In this document: piece after piece, positions 38,468 through 49,837 of the stretch
Numbering within the stretch: position 1 is the first letter of the stretch
Layout: each line of letters opens with the position of its first letter
Sequence record: NC_004629.1
Strand: one strand, 5' to 3'
DNA: 64,000 bases
Program-made: the position numbers and the translations under genes
Notes under the pieces: model-generated
What the model saw: the letters and a program-made list of their open reading frames with translations, nothing else
What the model was told of the DNA's origin: nothing
Database searches by the model: none

Positions 38468-39418
38468 ATGCGTAGATTCACTCTTAATCTGGCGGATAAC
38501 CCGCGTGGACAAGATCCACGAATAGGTTTCTTCAAAGCAGTTACAACAGCATATCCGGATTTAGGTTTATCTGAAGATAAGTCCATTATCGTAATGGTAA
38601 TGGATAGTGCAACTATCGATGAGCCTAATAGGGCATTTGTTCGTATTCAAAAAGATGCAACTAATAGTGCTGTTTATTACGACTTTCTTTATAATCGTTT
38701 TAATGTTAATGATTATATTAAAAATCCATATTGGACAGCATCGGAAGTAACGGTTGTTCAAGGATTAAAAAATAGCGAAGCTTTAGTTGCGTATGTTGCT
38801 AATAAAGCTAAATTAAATTTTACTGCTAGTGACATATGGTTAGAAATATCTAATATAACGTATACCGGTGGTAAGAAACAACCAAACTTTTTATTTAAAG
38901 CTATTGATTCATCACTATGGTGGAGAGGATGGTTAAATCTATGGTTACATTCAGGTGGTGATGTTGACCCTGATCCGCCGGACCCAGATCCAGATCCTGA
39001 TCCAGAACCAACAGATGGCTATCAGATATTCCCGCAATTGCTTGTACCATTTACAATTACAGTTGATAATGAAACAGGTAAATTTGGTAATTGGATTTGT
39101 CCGCCTTATGATCAAGCTATAGGTAGGCTATTGGTACTAATGCCTAAACCAGATGGTGCTCAAATAGCAGAGTCACCTAAAGGTGTTATACTACCTTCTG
39201 GCAATAGCGAGAAACTTAAGGCTGGTGCTGAATATCGAATACTGAATTTAACTAATGAAGATGTTGATATAGCTACTGCTTATCAACAGAGTATCATTAG
39301 GCCAATGTATACAAGTACTGGTTTCTTACCTAATAATGGCTATACTCGATTTATCTGTTATAATGAAACAACTAAAGCGATGTATACACTTGGTCTGTCA
39401 TGGTGGATGCAATCATGA
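38468..39418 (+). CDS. Two-domain putative virion protein with Pro/Asp linker, 316 aa
   Basis: N-domain has the LYNRFNV family motif; linker DVDPDPPDPDPDPDPEP. Confidence 0.7.
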   Translation: MRRFTLNLADNPRGQDPRIGFFKAVTTAYPDLGLSEDKSIIVMVMDSATIDEPNRAFVRIQKDATNSAVYYDFLYNRFNVNDYIKNPYWTASEVTVVQGLKNSEALVAYVANKAKLNFTASDIWLEISNITYTGGKKQPNFLFKAIDSSLWWRGWLNLWLHSGGDVDPDPPDPDPDPDPEPTDGYQIFPQLLVPFTITVDNETGKFGNWICPPYDQAIGRLLVLMPKPDGAQIAESPKGVILPSGNSEKLKAGAEYRILNLTNEDVDIATAYQQSIIRPMYTSTGFLPNNGYTRFICYNETTKAMYTLGLSWWMQS

Positions 39419-39819
39419 GCGAATTCTGTTATATCTACCCACCTATGAAAGTAATTGACACGTCTAAAGCAACTGGACGTAAGTTTGATATTGACTCAAC
39501 TTATCTTAATGCGCACATTATCGTTGAAGATCCTAATTATACTGATAATGATAATTCAGATAGTCCATTTATAGTAAATTTACCAGCTACTGCCTATGAT
39601 ACTAAAAAAGGTAAATATGTATTTACTATTGCTAATAAGACAAATGGATTATTGGTGATTCGTGCTTATGGTAATCGTTTAGTTGGTAACCGTGTATTCA
39701 AAGTTGACTGTCAATTAAACAAAGGTGAGGCATGTGAATATAGAACGGTTTATGATTCATTAGAAAATGAATTATACTGGTCTATCGAAGGACGTGTAAT
39801 GACGGATGTACAGGAGTAA
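39415..39819 (+). CDS. Hypothetical protein, about 134 aa
   Basis: ATGA overlap with the upstream stop supports a start at 39415. Confidence 0.65.
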   Translation: MSEFCYIYPPMKVIDTSKATGRKFDIDSTYLNAHIIVEDPNYTDNDNSDSPFIVNLPATAYDTKKGKYVFTIANKTNGLLVIRAYGNRLVGNRVFKVDCQLNKGEACEYRTVYDSLENELYWSIEGRVMTDVQE

Positions 39820-39822
39820 ATC

Positions 39823-40296
39823 ATGGCAGATACATCAAAATGTGATAATTTCATTCCTGGTGCATTTTACACAACAATAAATAAATATCCATTAAAAATG
39901 AAACACCCTCTTTATGGAGATGATGTTATTTATAATCTGTTAGATGTTAAAGATTATTTTGATACTAACATTATCTTTAAAGAAGAAGATGGATATGTAT
40001 CATCACCAACAACACCTACATTTATTGGCACTGTTATTAAATATAATACATCATTGCCAAATGGATTTACTTTCGTATTGAGTTTCTATGAAAAAGATCC
40101 TATTAATGGCAAAGAGACTAGGGACTCATTAAGTTTTTGGGCACAAGACAAAGATGGTAAATTAGTTATACCTAGAGGTTTTCCATTTGAAGATGCTTCT
40201 GTGCGCGGTACGGTTGGACAACGATTTATATTAGTCAGACCTAATGGCCAAACAACTGGTGATTATATTTGGGTTTGTCCTGGTCAAGCATTTTAA
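39823..40296 (+). CDS. Hypothetical protein, 157 aa
   Basis: ORF with AGGAG RBS. Confidence 0.7.
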   Translation: MADTSKCDNFIPGAFYTTINKYPLKMKHPLYGDDVIYNLLDVKDYFDTNIIFKEEDGYVSSPTTPTFIGTVIKYNTSLPNGFTFVLSFYEKDPINGKETRDSLSFWAQDKDGKLVIPRGFPFEDASVRGTVGQRFILVRPNGQTTGDYIWVCPGQAF

Positions 40297-40301
40297 TTTA
40301 A

Positions 40302-40329
40302 AGCGGATCTGCTTTAAAGTGGATCCGCT
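40302..40329 (+). terminator. Hairpin terminator-like
   Basis: AGCGGATC...GATCCGCT followed by ATTATTT. Confidence 0.6.
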
Positions 40330-40370
40330 ATTATTTCGTCTTAAAGTAACTATAGTGCTCAATTGAATGA

Positions 40371-41030
<660 letters not shown>

Positions 41031-41065
41031 CAACCTTATGAACTTTAATACTCCGGAGTTTTAAA

Positions 41066-42634
41066 ATGGCTAAGAAAAAAACAGTTCCCGCAATGGATTT
41101 CTTTGCAAGTCTTGAGCGCGTTTCTGATGCTGAAGATAAGAATGTCAATCTTGATGTTGGTAAAGAATTACCAGAACAATTAAAAGATGATGAAGATGGT
41201 AAAGTAAATCCATGTGATGAAGTTACCAATGTCGTTACCAATACCCCAATTGACGTATGCAAAGGTCCAGATGTTGATGGAACTGCTGATAAGATCAATG
41301 ATAAGAAGATTCATGTTAGTCAAGGGCTAAAAGAATTCCAAGTAGCTAAAGGTGATCGTGTTGAAAATGAAATCACTGAAACAGCTGATGAAATGATCAC
41401 TAAAGTAAGTGATACTAAAGATCTTAATGTTAGTACCAAAAAACCACACCAAATTGCAGATGTCCCATCGAATGAAGACATTTCTATTATGGAAGCCAAT
41501 GAGACTGAGCAGCTAGACCATGGCTATGATGCCACCGCACTACTGGAAACTACTGAAGATATCATCACTGGTGAACTAGATGATCATCTAGAATCATTAT
41601 CAGTTGAAATGTTTACAATTGTAAATGAACTGACTAAAGTAGAATCTGTTCAAACTGCATTAGAAAACTATATTGGTTTAGTTAGTAACCGCCATCATCG
41701 CGGGCATGATGTCGATCATGATCTAGCTAAAGCTATTAGCATCGCGCTAGAGTCATTTGACTATAAATATTTTAATAACACTGTGCCATCAATGGAATCC
41801 TTTATATCACCGCTAACTCGGCCTAAAGCTTCTATTGAAGTATTAGATAATCTACAAGCTAAAGCAAAAGAAGTATCTACTGTTGCATTAGATTTCATTA
41901 AGAAGCTAATTCGCATTGTTGTAGAAACTTATCAACGTATTCGCCAGAATGTCAGTAATCAAATAGAACGCGTTAATAAGATCATGAAACGCGTTAAAGA
42001 GAATGAACTACCCGATGAAGTTCGTACTATCGCAATTCCACGCGATCTGATTCTAGGTGACACTGGTGAGAGTTGGGTTGGTGTAGACCCTGTTCAGGGG
42101 GTTACTGTAATCCGTAATCTATTTGACAGCATTGAAAAGAATGGACTGCGTGCTCTTAAAGCAGCCTTAGCTGGAAAAACAACTGATGATAAAGCACTGG
42201 CTTTAGCTAAAGGTATGTTTGGAACAGCTACCAAAATTAATGCTAATGGTGTCCGATATGCTAGCCCGGTTGTGCCCGGTAATCGTGTTTATACCTTTGG
42301 TAAAGACAAAGCTGCGGTAGACTTCTCCATTCTTGATGCACCGGGTAAACCCAACTATGGAATTACTGTTGAACTATTAGTTGATAAGAATGTTGTTATG
42401 GCTCAGCTAAAAGCAGTTCATAACCTCCTAAATCATCTAAATAATATTCGCGGTATCTCTAAAGAGTCAACTGCTGAAATCATTGCACAGATGACTGATA
42501 AAGAAGCAACCAATGTTGGTAAGGCTTATCTAACTGGCACCACTGAAGCTAGTAATGATCTGTTTAAATGTGTGATGATCTGGATCACCGTACTTGAGAA
42601 ACTAGTTGATAGTGAAATCAAGGAAACTGAATAG
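41066..42634 (+). CDS. gp162: Internal head (inner body) protein, 522 aa
   Basis: Acidic N-terminal propeptide with SLE/ALE motifs; VVPGNR motif shared with the neighbouring paralog. Confidence 0.75.
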   Translation: MAKKKTVPAMDFFASLERVSDAEDKNVNLDVGKELPEQLKDDEDGKVNPCDEVTNVVTNTPIDVCKGPDVDGTADKINDKKIHVSQGLKEFQVAKGDRVENEITETADEMITKVSDTKDLNVSTKKPHQIADVPSNEDISIMEANETEQLDHGYDATALLETTEDIITGELDDHLESLSVEMFTIVNELTKVESVQTALENYIGLVSNRHHRGHDVDHDLAKAISIALESFDYKYFNNTVPSMESFISPLTRPKASIEVLDNLQAKAKEVSTVALDFIKKLIRIVVETYQRIRQNVSNQIERVNKIMKRVKENELPDEVRTIAIPRDLILGDTGESWVGVDPVQGVTVIRNLFDSIEKNGLRALKAALAGKTTDDKALALAKGMFGTATKINANGVRYASPVVPGNRVYTFGKDKAAVDFSILDAPGKPNYGITVELLVDKNVVMAQLKAVHNLLNHLNNIRGISKESTAEIIAQMTDKEATNVGKAYLTGTTEASNDLFKCVMIWITVLEKLVDSEIKETE

Positions 42635-42643
42635 GTAAACATA

Positions 42644-43831
42644 ATGTCCACATATGCAGAACTATTAATTACCAATAATGAACTCAAAGAGGCTATTGTT
42701 TCTGTTGAAGCATATCGCCATCGATTAGCTCGTTATCAAGATCTGCTAGATGGACGTGACGTAGCATCTGAAGACCTGTCTAAAGCGATGTCATTTGCTT
42801 TAGAAAGTATCGATCCCGCCTTCTCCATAAAAGAAGGCGGTATAATTACACTACGTGCTTTAAAAGATGCATTAGTTCGAGCTGCTAAGGCTGCACGAGA
42901 TATTGTGCGGATGGTAATCGAAACACTCACGGCATTCTACGTCAAGTTTACTGGCAGTATTTCACATGTGCGTAAAACACAGCAAAAATTATCTAGGCGA
43001 CTTGCAAAACTAGGTAATCGTACGACTAATACTCGATTGACTGTTTCTGGTTTACAGCGATTATCTATTAACGGTGAATTCATTGGTGATCGACCAGATA
43101 ATCTTTTAGATATCAAAGAAGTCACTAATTATATTTTAATGACTTATCCTAAAATGACTTCTAATATTGCTCGAAATATTAGTAGACAAGCATTGAATAT
43201 CTTAGATAATCAAGGCGAAGATACCACTACAGAAATCATTGATGAGTTATTACAATCTTTTGCCGATATAGTGCGTCGTGATTTTAAAGCGCCGCCAGGG
43301 GATGAGCCATTAAAGAAAGGTGAGACTACTTCTACTGGTACCCATAGAAGTTATATTTTACCAGCTAATCGTGCATTTGTTTATACTGATGCTGACCATA
43401 TAGCTACATCAGTTACTAATAAACAATCTGCACTAGAAATGGTTCGCAATACATTTACAATGGAATTTACAGAGTTACAAATCAATGCAATTGATAGCAC
43501 TGAACGAGATATAGAAGTACCTTCTGTAACTACGCTAAGTGATATTGTAACTGGTATTGCTAATATTTTAACGATCGCTGAACGTGCTAAACAAGGCGAA
43601 GTAGAATATAAAACAGTTAAGGTAGTTGTAGATGATTCAATTCGACAGCTAGCTGAACGTAGTGAGTTATTGGGAAGGGCAAATGGCGAGGCAATTAATA
43701 TGCTCGCTGAGATATCCCGAAAATTAGCAGAACCTGTTGGTAACTACACCCATTGGTTAGCAGTAACTCTTAAAGTCTGGTTAACATTTGTTAGTCACTG
43801 CATTACTCATTATGAGAATGAAGGTATTTAA
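42644..43831 (+). CDS. gp163: Internal head (inner body) protein, 395 aa, paralog of gp162
   Basis: FALESID matches IALESFD of gp162; ILPANR matches VVPGNR. Confidence 0.75.
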   Translation: MSTYAELLITNNELKEAIVSVEAYRHRLARYQDLLDGRDVASEDLSKAMSFALESIDPAFSIKEGGIITLRALKDALVRAAKAARDIVRMVIETLTAFYVKFTGSISHVRKTQQKLSRRLAKLGNRTTNTRLTVSGLQRLSINGEFIGDRPDNLLDIKEVTNYILMTYPKMTSNIARNISRQALNILDNQGEDTTTEIIDELLQSFADIVRRDFKAPPGDEPLKKGETTSTGTHRSYILPANRAFVYTDADHIATSVTNKQSALEMVRNTFTMEFTELQINAIDSTERDIEVPSVTTLSDIVTGIANILTIAERAKQGEVEYKTVKVVVDDSIRQLAERSELLGRANGEAINMLAEISRKLAEPVGNYTHWLAVTLKVWLTFVSHCITHYENEGI

Positions 43832-43839
43832 CAGCATAA

Positions 43840-43860
43840 GCCCTCCCATAGTGGGAGGGC
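43840..43860. terminator. Bidirectional hairpin terminator
   Basis: GCCCTCCCA-tag-TGGGAGGGC flanked by CATAA and ATTATG. Confidence 0.85.
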
Positions 43861-43870
43861 ATTATGTTCT

Positions 43871-45043
<1,173 letters not shown>

Positions 45044-45092
45044 TTACTAGGGTTATTAACTCTATAGAGTAAGACATTATTAAGGGTTAATC

Positions 45093-47585
45093 ATGCAGAT
45101 CAAGCTACTTAAGCTAATTGGCTATACTAGGTTGATGGCCAATAATACACATTATTTTGAATGGACTCCAAGCAAACAGATGATGGTTATACTTGGTAGT
45201 AATGGTTCTGGCAAATCATCTATTATTAGTGAACTGACACCTGTTGTATCTAGCAGTTCAAACTTCAAGCAAGGTGGCGAGAAACATTTCCATTGTCATG
45301 CAAATGGTAAAGACTATAAATTAATTTCTAAATATAACCGTGGCACTGGACATCATTCCTTTTTATGTAATGATGAAGAATTAAATAGTGGTCATACCTT
45401 TAAAGAACAAGAAGAACTTGTAATGGCGCATTTCGGGTTAAACCGAGAACTGCATGAAATGTTGACAGGTAAGATGCGTTTTACAAAGTTAAAACCTAAT
45501 GAACGTAAAGCATGGTTAACTAGAATGTCTGTAGTTAACCTTGATTATGCATTTAATGTTTATAACAAAGTACGTAAAGAATTATCTAACCAGCAAGGTA
45601 CTGTTAAAACAATTAATAAGCGATTGGTCACAGAACACCATGGGGTATTGAATGATTCAGAAATGACACAGTTGAAAGAAGTGAAACAACGGTTAGTTAG
45701 TCGTATTGATTTACTTTATAAAACACGTGATAAGAAAGGTGTCCTTCATTTTAGAGATGAAACCACTGCACGTAAAGAATTAGATTCTATCTTAGATGAA
45801 GCTCGTTCATTGTTAATGTCATTTCCAATGTTACCTATTCAAGTTAAAGTAGATGGGTATGAATCTTTCTTAGAACTAAATAATAAGAAGATTGAAGAAT
45901 ATAAATCTATACAAGCAGTTATTGCACGTTTAGTTGAAGAATTAGAAGAATTAAAAAGCTCTAATCCGAATACAGCTGAACGTATGTCTCCAGAAGAAAT
46001 ACAAGAACTTAAGGACAGACATGAACATCATACACGCATTGCTGAAGAAGCTATTAGTAAATATAAGAAGTATACCGGTAGATTTCCTTTGGTTGACATT
46101 TCTGTTAACGGTGATCCATCTGGTAAACTTACTGATCTCTCAGATCGTTGGATCAAACTTCTCACTACATTTCCTAATAATGAGAATGGTTACTTAAGTA
46201 AAGAAACTGCTATTAAAAATGCAGAAAGGCTAAAAGAATTAAAAAGTAAATACTCAACCATGGAAGGCATGTATTTACAAATTAATCAACGCCTAAATTC
46301 ATTTAAGGAATGCGCATCTATTACTTGCCCATCATGCACTCATTCATTTAAACCTGGTGTTAGTGAACAAGATATCACAATAGCAGAAGAGCGCAAAGCT
46401 AAGTTAGATGAAGCGATGGATAGCTGTTCAAATGAGATCAAGGTTCTTGAACAGTACATGACTGACTTCAATGAATATGTAAGTTATGTACATGGCTACG
46501 TTCAATTAACGAAAGAGTATAACGAATTTGATACATTATGGAACTATGTAGCTGAACATGTCGTAATGTATCGCACACCAGCAAAATATATAAATGATGC
46601 ATTAGACTGGCGAGATGCAATGCAGCAACTCATTGTCTCTAAGCAAGCTCATGCGGAAGCTACTTTATTAGCTCAACGACTACGTGTTATTGCTGAGATG
46701 GATCAAGATGCATTAGGGTTCATTAAGGCACGTACAACTGCACTAGAAACTGAAATTAATAATAAAACACATGTAGCAGCTGACTTACAAAGAAAAGCAT
46801 CTCATTTCAATAAAGCTGGTAATGCTATTCGTGAATGGGAAGATAAGTATCATTCTTTTATTGAACGATGGGAGCAGTTTATTAAAAAGATAGTGGATAC
46901 AGCTGATAACTTTGTAGATAAGGCATACCAAGCAGAGATTGATGCTGTTAACTTAGAACTATCTAGTGTGCATAGTCGTTTAAGTGAAATGGAACGTCAT
47001 GAAGAACGTATTAAAGTTTTAGAATCAGAAGTTAACCATGCACAACAAATGGCTACTGATTTAGCTATTCTTGAAAAAGCATTATCACCAAAAAGTGGTA
47101 TTCTTGGTCGCTATTTATTAGGTTTCTTACAAGGAGTAGTTAAACTAGTAAATGCATACATCAATGAGATTTGGACTTATAGGTTAGAAGTATTACCTTC
47201 TAATGTTGACAAAGATGGCATGGATTATAAGTTCCCAATGCATATTGCAGGTGGTGACGTTCAGCCACCGGACATTGAATACGGGTCTGACTCACAATTA
47301 GAGATTGTTGATTTTGCTTTTAGAATGGCTATCTTGAAATTTTTACATCTAGATGACATGCCCCTTTTCTTAGATGAATTTAGCAGGACTTTTGATGAAC
47401 AACATCGAGCCAATGCTATTCCATTCATTAACAGGTTAATTGAAAATGGCATTGTTAATCAAGTGTTCTTCATCAGCCACTTTGAATCAACACACGGTGC
47501 ATTTAACCAAGCTGAATTTATTGTACTTGATCCAGCTAATATTAGTACTCCAGAAGTATTTAATAAAAATCTAGTATTAAAATAA
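45093..47585 (+). CDS. sbcC: SbcC/Rad50-like SMC ATPase, 830 aa
   Basis: Walker A GSNGSGKS, central CPSC zinc hook within coiled coils, Walker B FLDE, FISH H-loop. Confidence 0.9.
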   Translation: MQIKLLKLIGYTRLMANNTHYFEWTPSKQMMVILGSNGSGKSSIISELTPVVSSSSNFKQGGEKHFHCHANGKDYKLISKYNRGTGHHSFLCNDEELNSGHTFKEQEELVMAHFGLNRELHEMLTGKMRFTKLKPNERKAWLTRMSVVNLDYAFNVYNKVRKELSNQQGTVKTINKRLVTEHHGVLNDSEMTQLKEVKQRLVSRIDLLYKTRDKKGVLHFRDETTARKELDSILDEARSLLMSFPMLPIQVKVDGYESFLELNNKKIEEYKSIQAVIARLVEELEELKSSNPNTAERMSPEEIQELKDRHEHHTRIAEEAISKYKKYTGRFPLVDISVNGDPSGKLTDLSDRWIKLLTTFPNNENGYLSKETAIKNAERLKELKSKYSTMEGMYLQINQRLNSFKECASITCPSCTHSFKPGVSEQDITIAEERKAKLDEAMDSCSNEIKVLEQYMTDFNEYVSYVHGYVQLTKEYNEFDTLWNYVAEHVVMYRTPAKYINDALDWRDAMQQLIVSKQAHAEATLLAQRLRVIAEMDQDALGFIKARTTALETEINNKTHVAADLQRKASHFNKAGNAIREWEDKYHSFIERWEQFIKKIVDTADNFVDKAYQAEIDAVNLELSSVHSRLSEMERHEERIKVLESEVNHAQQMATDLAILEKALSPKSGILGRYLLGFLQGVVKLVNAYINEIWTYRLEVLPSNVDKDGMDYKFPMHIAGGDVQPPDIEYGSDSQLEIVDFAFRMAILKFLHLDDMPLFLDEFSRTFDEQHRANAIPFINRLIENGIVNQVFFISHFESTHGAFNQAEFIVLDPANISTPEVFNKNLVLK

Positions 47586-47600
47586 TTATAAGCAACATAA

Positions 47601-47621
47601 GCCCTCCCGCAATGGGAGGGC
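47601..47621. terminator. Bidirectional hairpin terminator
   Basis: GCCCTCCC-gcaat-GGGAGGGC flanked by CATAA and ATTATA. Confidence 0.85.
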
Positions 47622-47627
47622 ATTATA

Positions 47628-47804
47628 TTAGTAACTATCTTTATAAGTGCTATTAAGTGAAACACTTTCAAAACTCTTTTTATTTTTATCAGCCTCAACA
47701 AAGTCTTTACCAACTGATTGTGGTACACCAACTTTCTTAGCAAACTTCTTATCATTGGCTACAGCAGCCATGAAGTTATGTTGTTTTTTACTTTTACTAG
47801 GCAT
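47628..47804 (-). CDS. Small basic protein, 58 aa (below the ORF-track cutoff)
   Basis: Read by hand: GAGGA RBS, then MPSKSKKQHNFMAAVANDKKFAKKVGVPQSVGKDFVEADKNKKSFESVSLNSTYKDSY*, ending just before the terminator. Confidence 0.75.
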   Translation of the reverse strand: MPSKSKKQHNFMAAVANDKKFAKKVGVPQSVGKDFVEADKNKKSFESVSLNSTYKDSY

Positions 47805-47830
47805 CGTATATTCCTCTAAGTTTTCACAAC

Positions 47831-47861
47831 TACACTAAAAAATAATTAAGATATATATTAC
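47831..47861 (+). promoter_or_regulatory. phiKZ-type early promoter (TATATTAC)
   Basis: TATATTAC at 47854-47861 matches the recalled phiKZ early consensus; 27/31 nt identical to the copy at 48347. Confidence 0.75.
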
Positions 47862-47895
47862 TACTATGCATACAATATCTTAAGAGGTTAATGAC

Positions 47896-48291
47896 ATGTT
47901 TAATCAACAATATAATCCAAATAGTTCAGCTAAGGTAATGGAGACATTACATGCCTGTGCTAAACTTATTAAGGAAATGTTTTATTATAATGATCAATAT
48001 GTTCAAGTAGAATCGGCTTATACAGATGATCCAATCCAAGCATCCATTGAAACAGTAAATGATGGGTATTACAGATTAGTTATTCAAGACACCACACCAG
48101 ATAGTACGTGGCCAGTGTGGGCAGTTGTTTTTATCAGACAACGTGGTGGAGATATTAAGTGTCTCCATATTATCAATCGTATTACTGGAGTATCTGCAAA
48201 TATAGATACGCAATTCAACTGTGATTCTTTTTACTCTGTTATTGATTTACTATTAGATCATTATCGAGTATTAACTTCGATGGAATACTGA
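47896..48291 (+). CDS. Hypothetical early protein, 131 aa
   Basis: GAGG RBS; downstream of the early promoter. Confidence 0.75.
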   Translation: MFNQQYNPNSSAKVMETLHACAKLIKEMFYYNDQYVQVESAYTDDPIQASIETVNDGYYRLVIQDTTPDSTWPVWAVVFIRQRGGDIKCLHIINRITGVSANIDTQFNCDSFYSVIDLLLDHYRVLTSMEY

Positions 48292-48301
48292 TATACATAT
48301 T

Positions 48302-48323
48302 ACCCTCTCCTTCGGGAGGGGGT
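48302..48323 (+). terminator. Hairpin terminator
   Basis: ACCCTCTCC-TTCG-GGAGGGGGT. Confidence 0.7.
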
Positions 48324-48346
48324 TTATATCGCATTAATTTTTTTAT

Positions 48347-48377
48347 TACACTAAAAAAAGTTTAAGATCTATATTAC
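48347..48377 (+). promoter_or_regulatory. phiKZ-type early promoter (TATATTAC)
   Basis: TACACTAAAAAAAGTTTAAGATCTATATTAC, with TATATTAC at 48370-48377. Confidence 0.75.
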
Positions 48378-48432
48378 AGACATGTATCTATATTGGATAC
48401 TTATTAAAACTTAATGATTAGGAAAATAGAAA

Positions 48433-48639
48433 ATGAAAGTACTAAAGATCGCAGCTGCAATTATCTCAACTGGTGCCCTCGCTGTTGCCGCTATTAATCT
48501 ATATAAGGCCGTTTCTAAATCAACCGTTATTGATGACACCGTAGCTGATGATGATACGGTACTAGACAGTGAAGTAGATATTCTAACTGATGAGCTAGAT
48601 AAAATCGATATTGATGATAGTGCTCAACAAGTCGATTAA
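48433..48639 (+). CDS. Small membrane-anchored acidic protein, 68 aa
   Basis: N-terminal hydrophobic helix and Asp-rich tail; AGGA RBS. Confidence 0.7.
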   Translation: MKVLKIAAAIISTGALAVAAINLYKAVSKSTVIDDTVADDDTVLDSEVDILTDELDKIDIDDSAQQVD

Positions 48640-48657
48640 ATAATAGGGTTATCGCTA

Positions 48658-49086
48658 ATGGCGGCATTCACTTTAGCAAACTTAATGGGTGAGCTAAAGA
48701 AGAGTTCCGTCATTGACTTATTCAACGATGGAAAGGTCAAGGCAGAACTCTATCCAGCTCATATGACATATATGGGTAGTGTGGTTGACTTACATCGTGT
48801 AGGCGATACATTCAGCTTCTATGTTGCAGATGGACATGGAGGCGTCACACGCTATCCATGTAGTAATCAGATTCTTGAATCGATAACATTAGAACCAGAT
48901 GTTTATTATAAGTTAACTGGTAAAAAAGTTATTGAGAAAAGAATTGAATTACCAGCTGTTACAGTACCAATTGAAGAACCCGCTAAGCGCATGCCGCTGG
49001 AAACAATCACATCAGTTGCTGTTATTGGCGGGTTTATTTTGTACGTTGGTACACGGTTTTATAAAGCATGTAAAAAATTAAAATAA
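48658..49086 (+). CDS. Hypothetical protein with C-terminal TM anchor, 142 aa
   Basis: ITSVAVIGGFILYVG followed by a basic tail. Confidence 0.7.
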   Translation: MAAFTLANLMGELKKSSVIDLFNDGKVKAELYPAHMTYMGSVVDLHRVGDTFSFYVADGHGGVTRYPCSNQILESITLEPDVYYKLTGKKVIEKRIELPAVTVPIEEPAKRMPLETITSVAVIGGFILYVGTRFYKACKKLK

Positions 49087-49093
49087 TACGGTC

Positions 49094-49792
49094 ATGCAGT
49101 ATACTTTAGGTACAATAACCCTAGAGGAAACTGCAATGGCCGTATTAGACCGTCAATTTAATATTCGTTTAAATGGTGCTGATTTAGATAAACAAAAGCG
49201 AATTATTAAAGAAATTTATACCAGGATTGCAAATGTGAATAACACAGTAATCAATGGTACTACTGTAAGACTGATTTTATTTGTTAAAGCTAATGGCCAA
49301 GTGGCTACTGGAAGCGATGCTATTAAACTAATCAACGATGCAGAAACTAATCTACAGGCGTGGGTTCTTTCTAATCGCTTTATCTTTAAATGGATGTTTA
49401 GCCATGCTAGTGATTTTGGTGCAATCTCTTCCAATTTTGAAGAAGTTTCACCAGGTGTTTATGATTGGAGTAAACGCCGTAGCTTTAATAAAGAATTTGA
49501 TGATGAGCTAGCTAAAGCAAAAGAACGAAAACTAATTCGTCAAAATAAACCTACTCTATTTAAAACTATTAAGAAAGTAGGTAAAGCTGCATATGAAACT
49601 ATTTCAGATAACTCAACTGCAATCGTAAGTTTAACTGCTATTGGACTATTAGCTCTTAAAGTAACATCTGATCATAATCAAGTTATTAACCAAATGAATG
49701 TTATTAAGAAATCAATTGGTAATATTGAGCTACCACCTGTTGAAGTAATCGTAAATACAGTTGGTGATGTATTAGATATCGATTTGTATTAA
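49094..49792 (+). CDS. Hypothetical membrane protein, 232 aa
   Basis: Hydrophobic segment STAIVSLTAIGLLAL near the C-terminus. Confidence 0.7.
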   Translation: MQYTLGTITLEETAMAVLDRQFNIRLNGADLDKQKRIIKEIYTRIANVNNTVINGTTVRLILFVKANGQVATGSDAIKLINDAETNLQAWVLSNRFIFKWMFSHASDFGAISSNFEEVSPGVYDWSKRRSFNKEFDDELAKAKERKLIRQNKPTLFKTIKKVGKAAYETISDNSTAIVSLTAIGLLALKVTSDHNQVINQMNVIKKSIGNIELPPVEVIVNTVGDVLDIDLY

Positions 49793-49801
49793 GTGCATAA
49801 C

Positions 49802-49822
49802 GCCCTCCCATTACGGGAGGGC
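49802..49822. terminator. Bidirectional hairpin terminator
   Basis: GCCCTCCC-ATTAC-GGGAGGGC, exact copy of the hairpins at 9072 and 54309. Confidence 0.85.
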
Positions 49823-49837
49823 TATATGTCGTTAATA

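Noticed and set aside
47459-47838. ORF-track calls 47459..47755 (-) and 47647..47838 (+)
   Set aside because: The first lacks an RBS, runs through a terminator and overlaps sbcC. The second is the antisense shadow of the 58-aa gene, which has a clear RBS.
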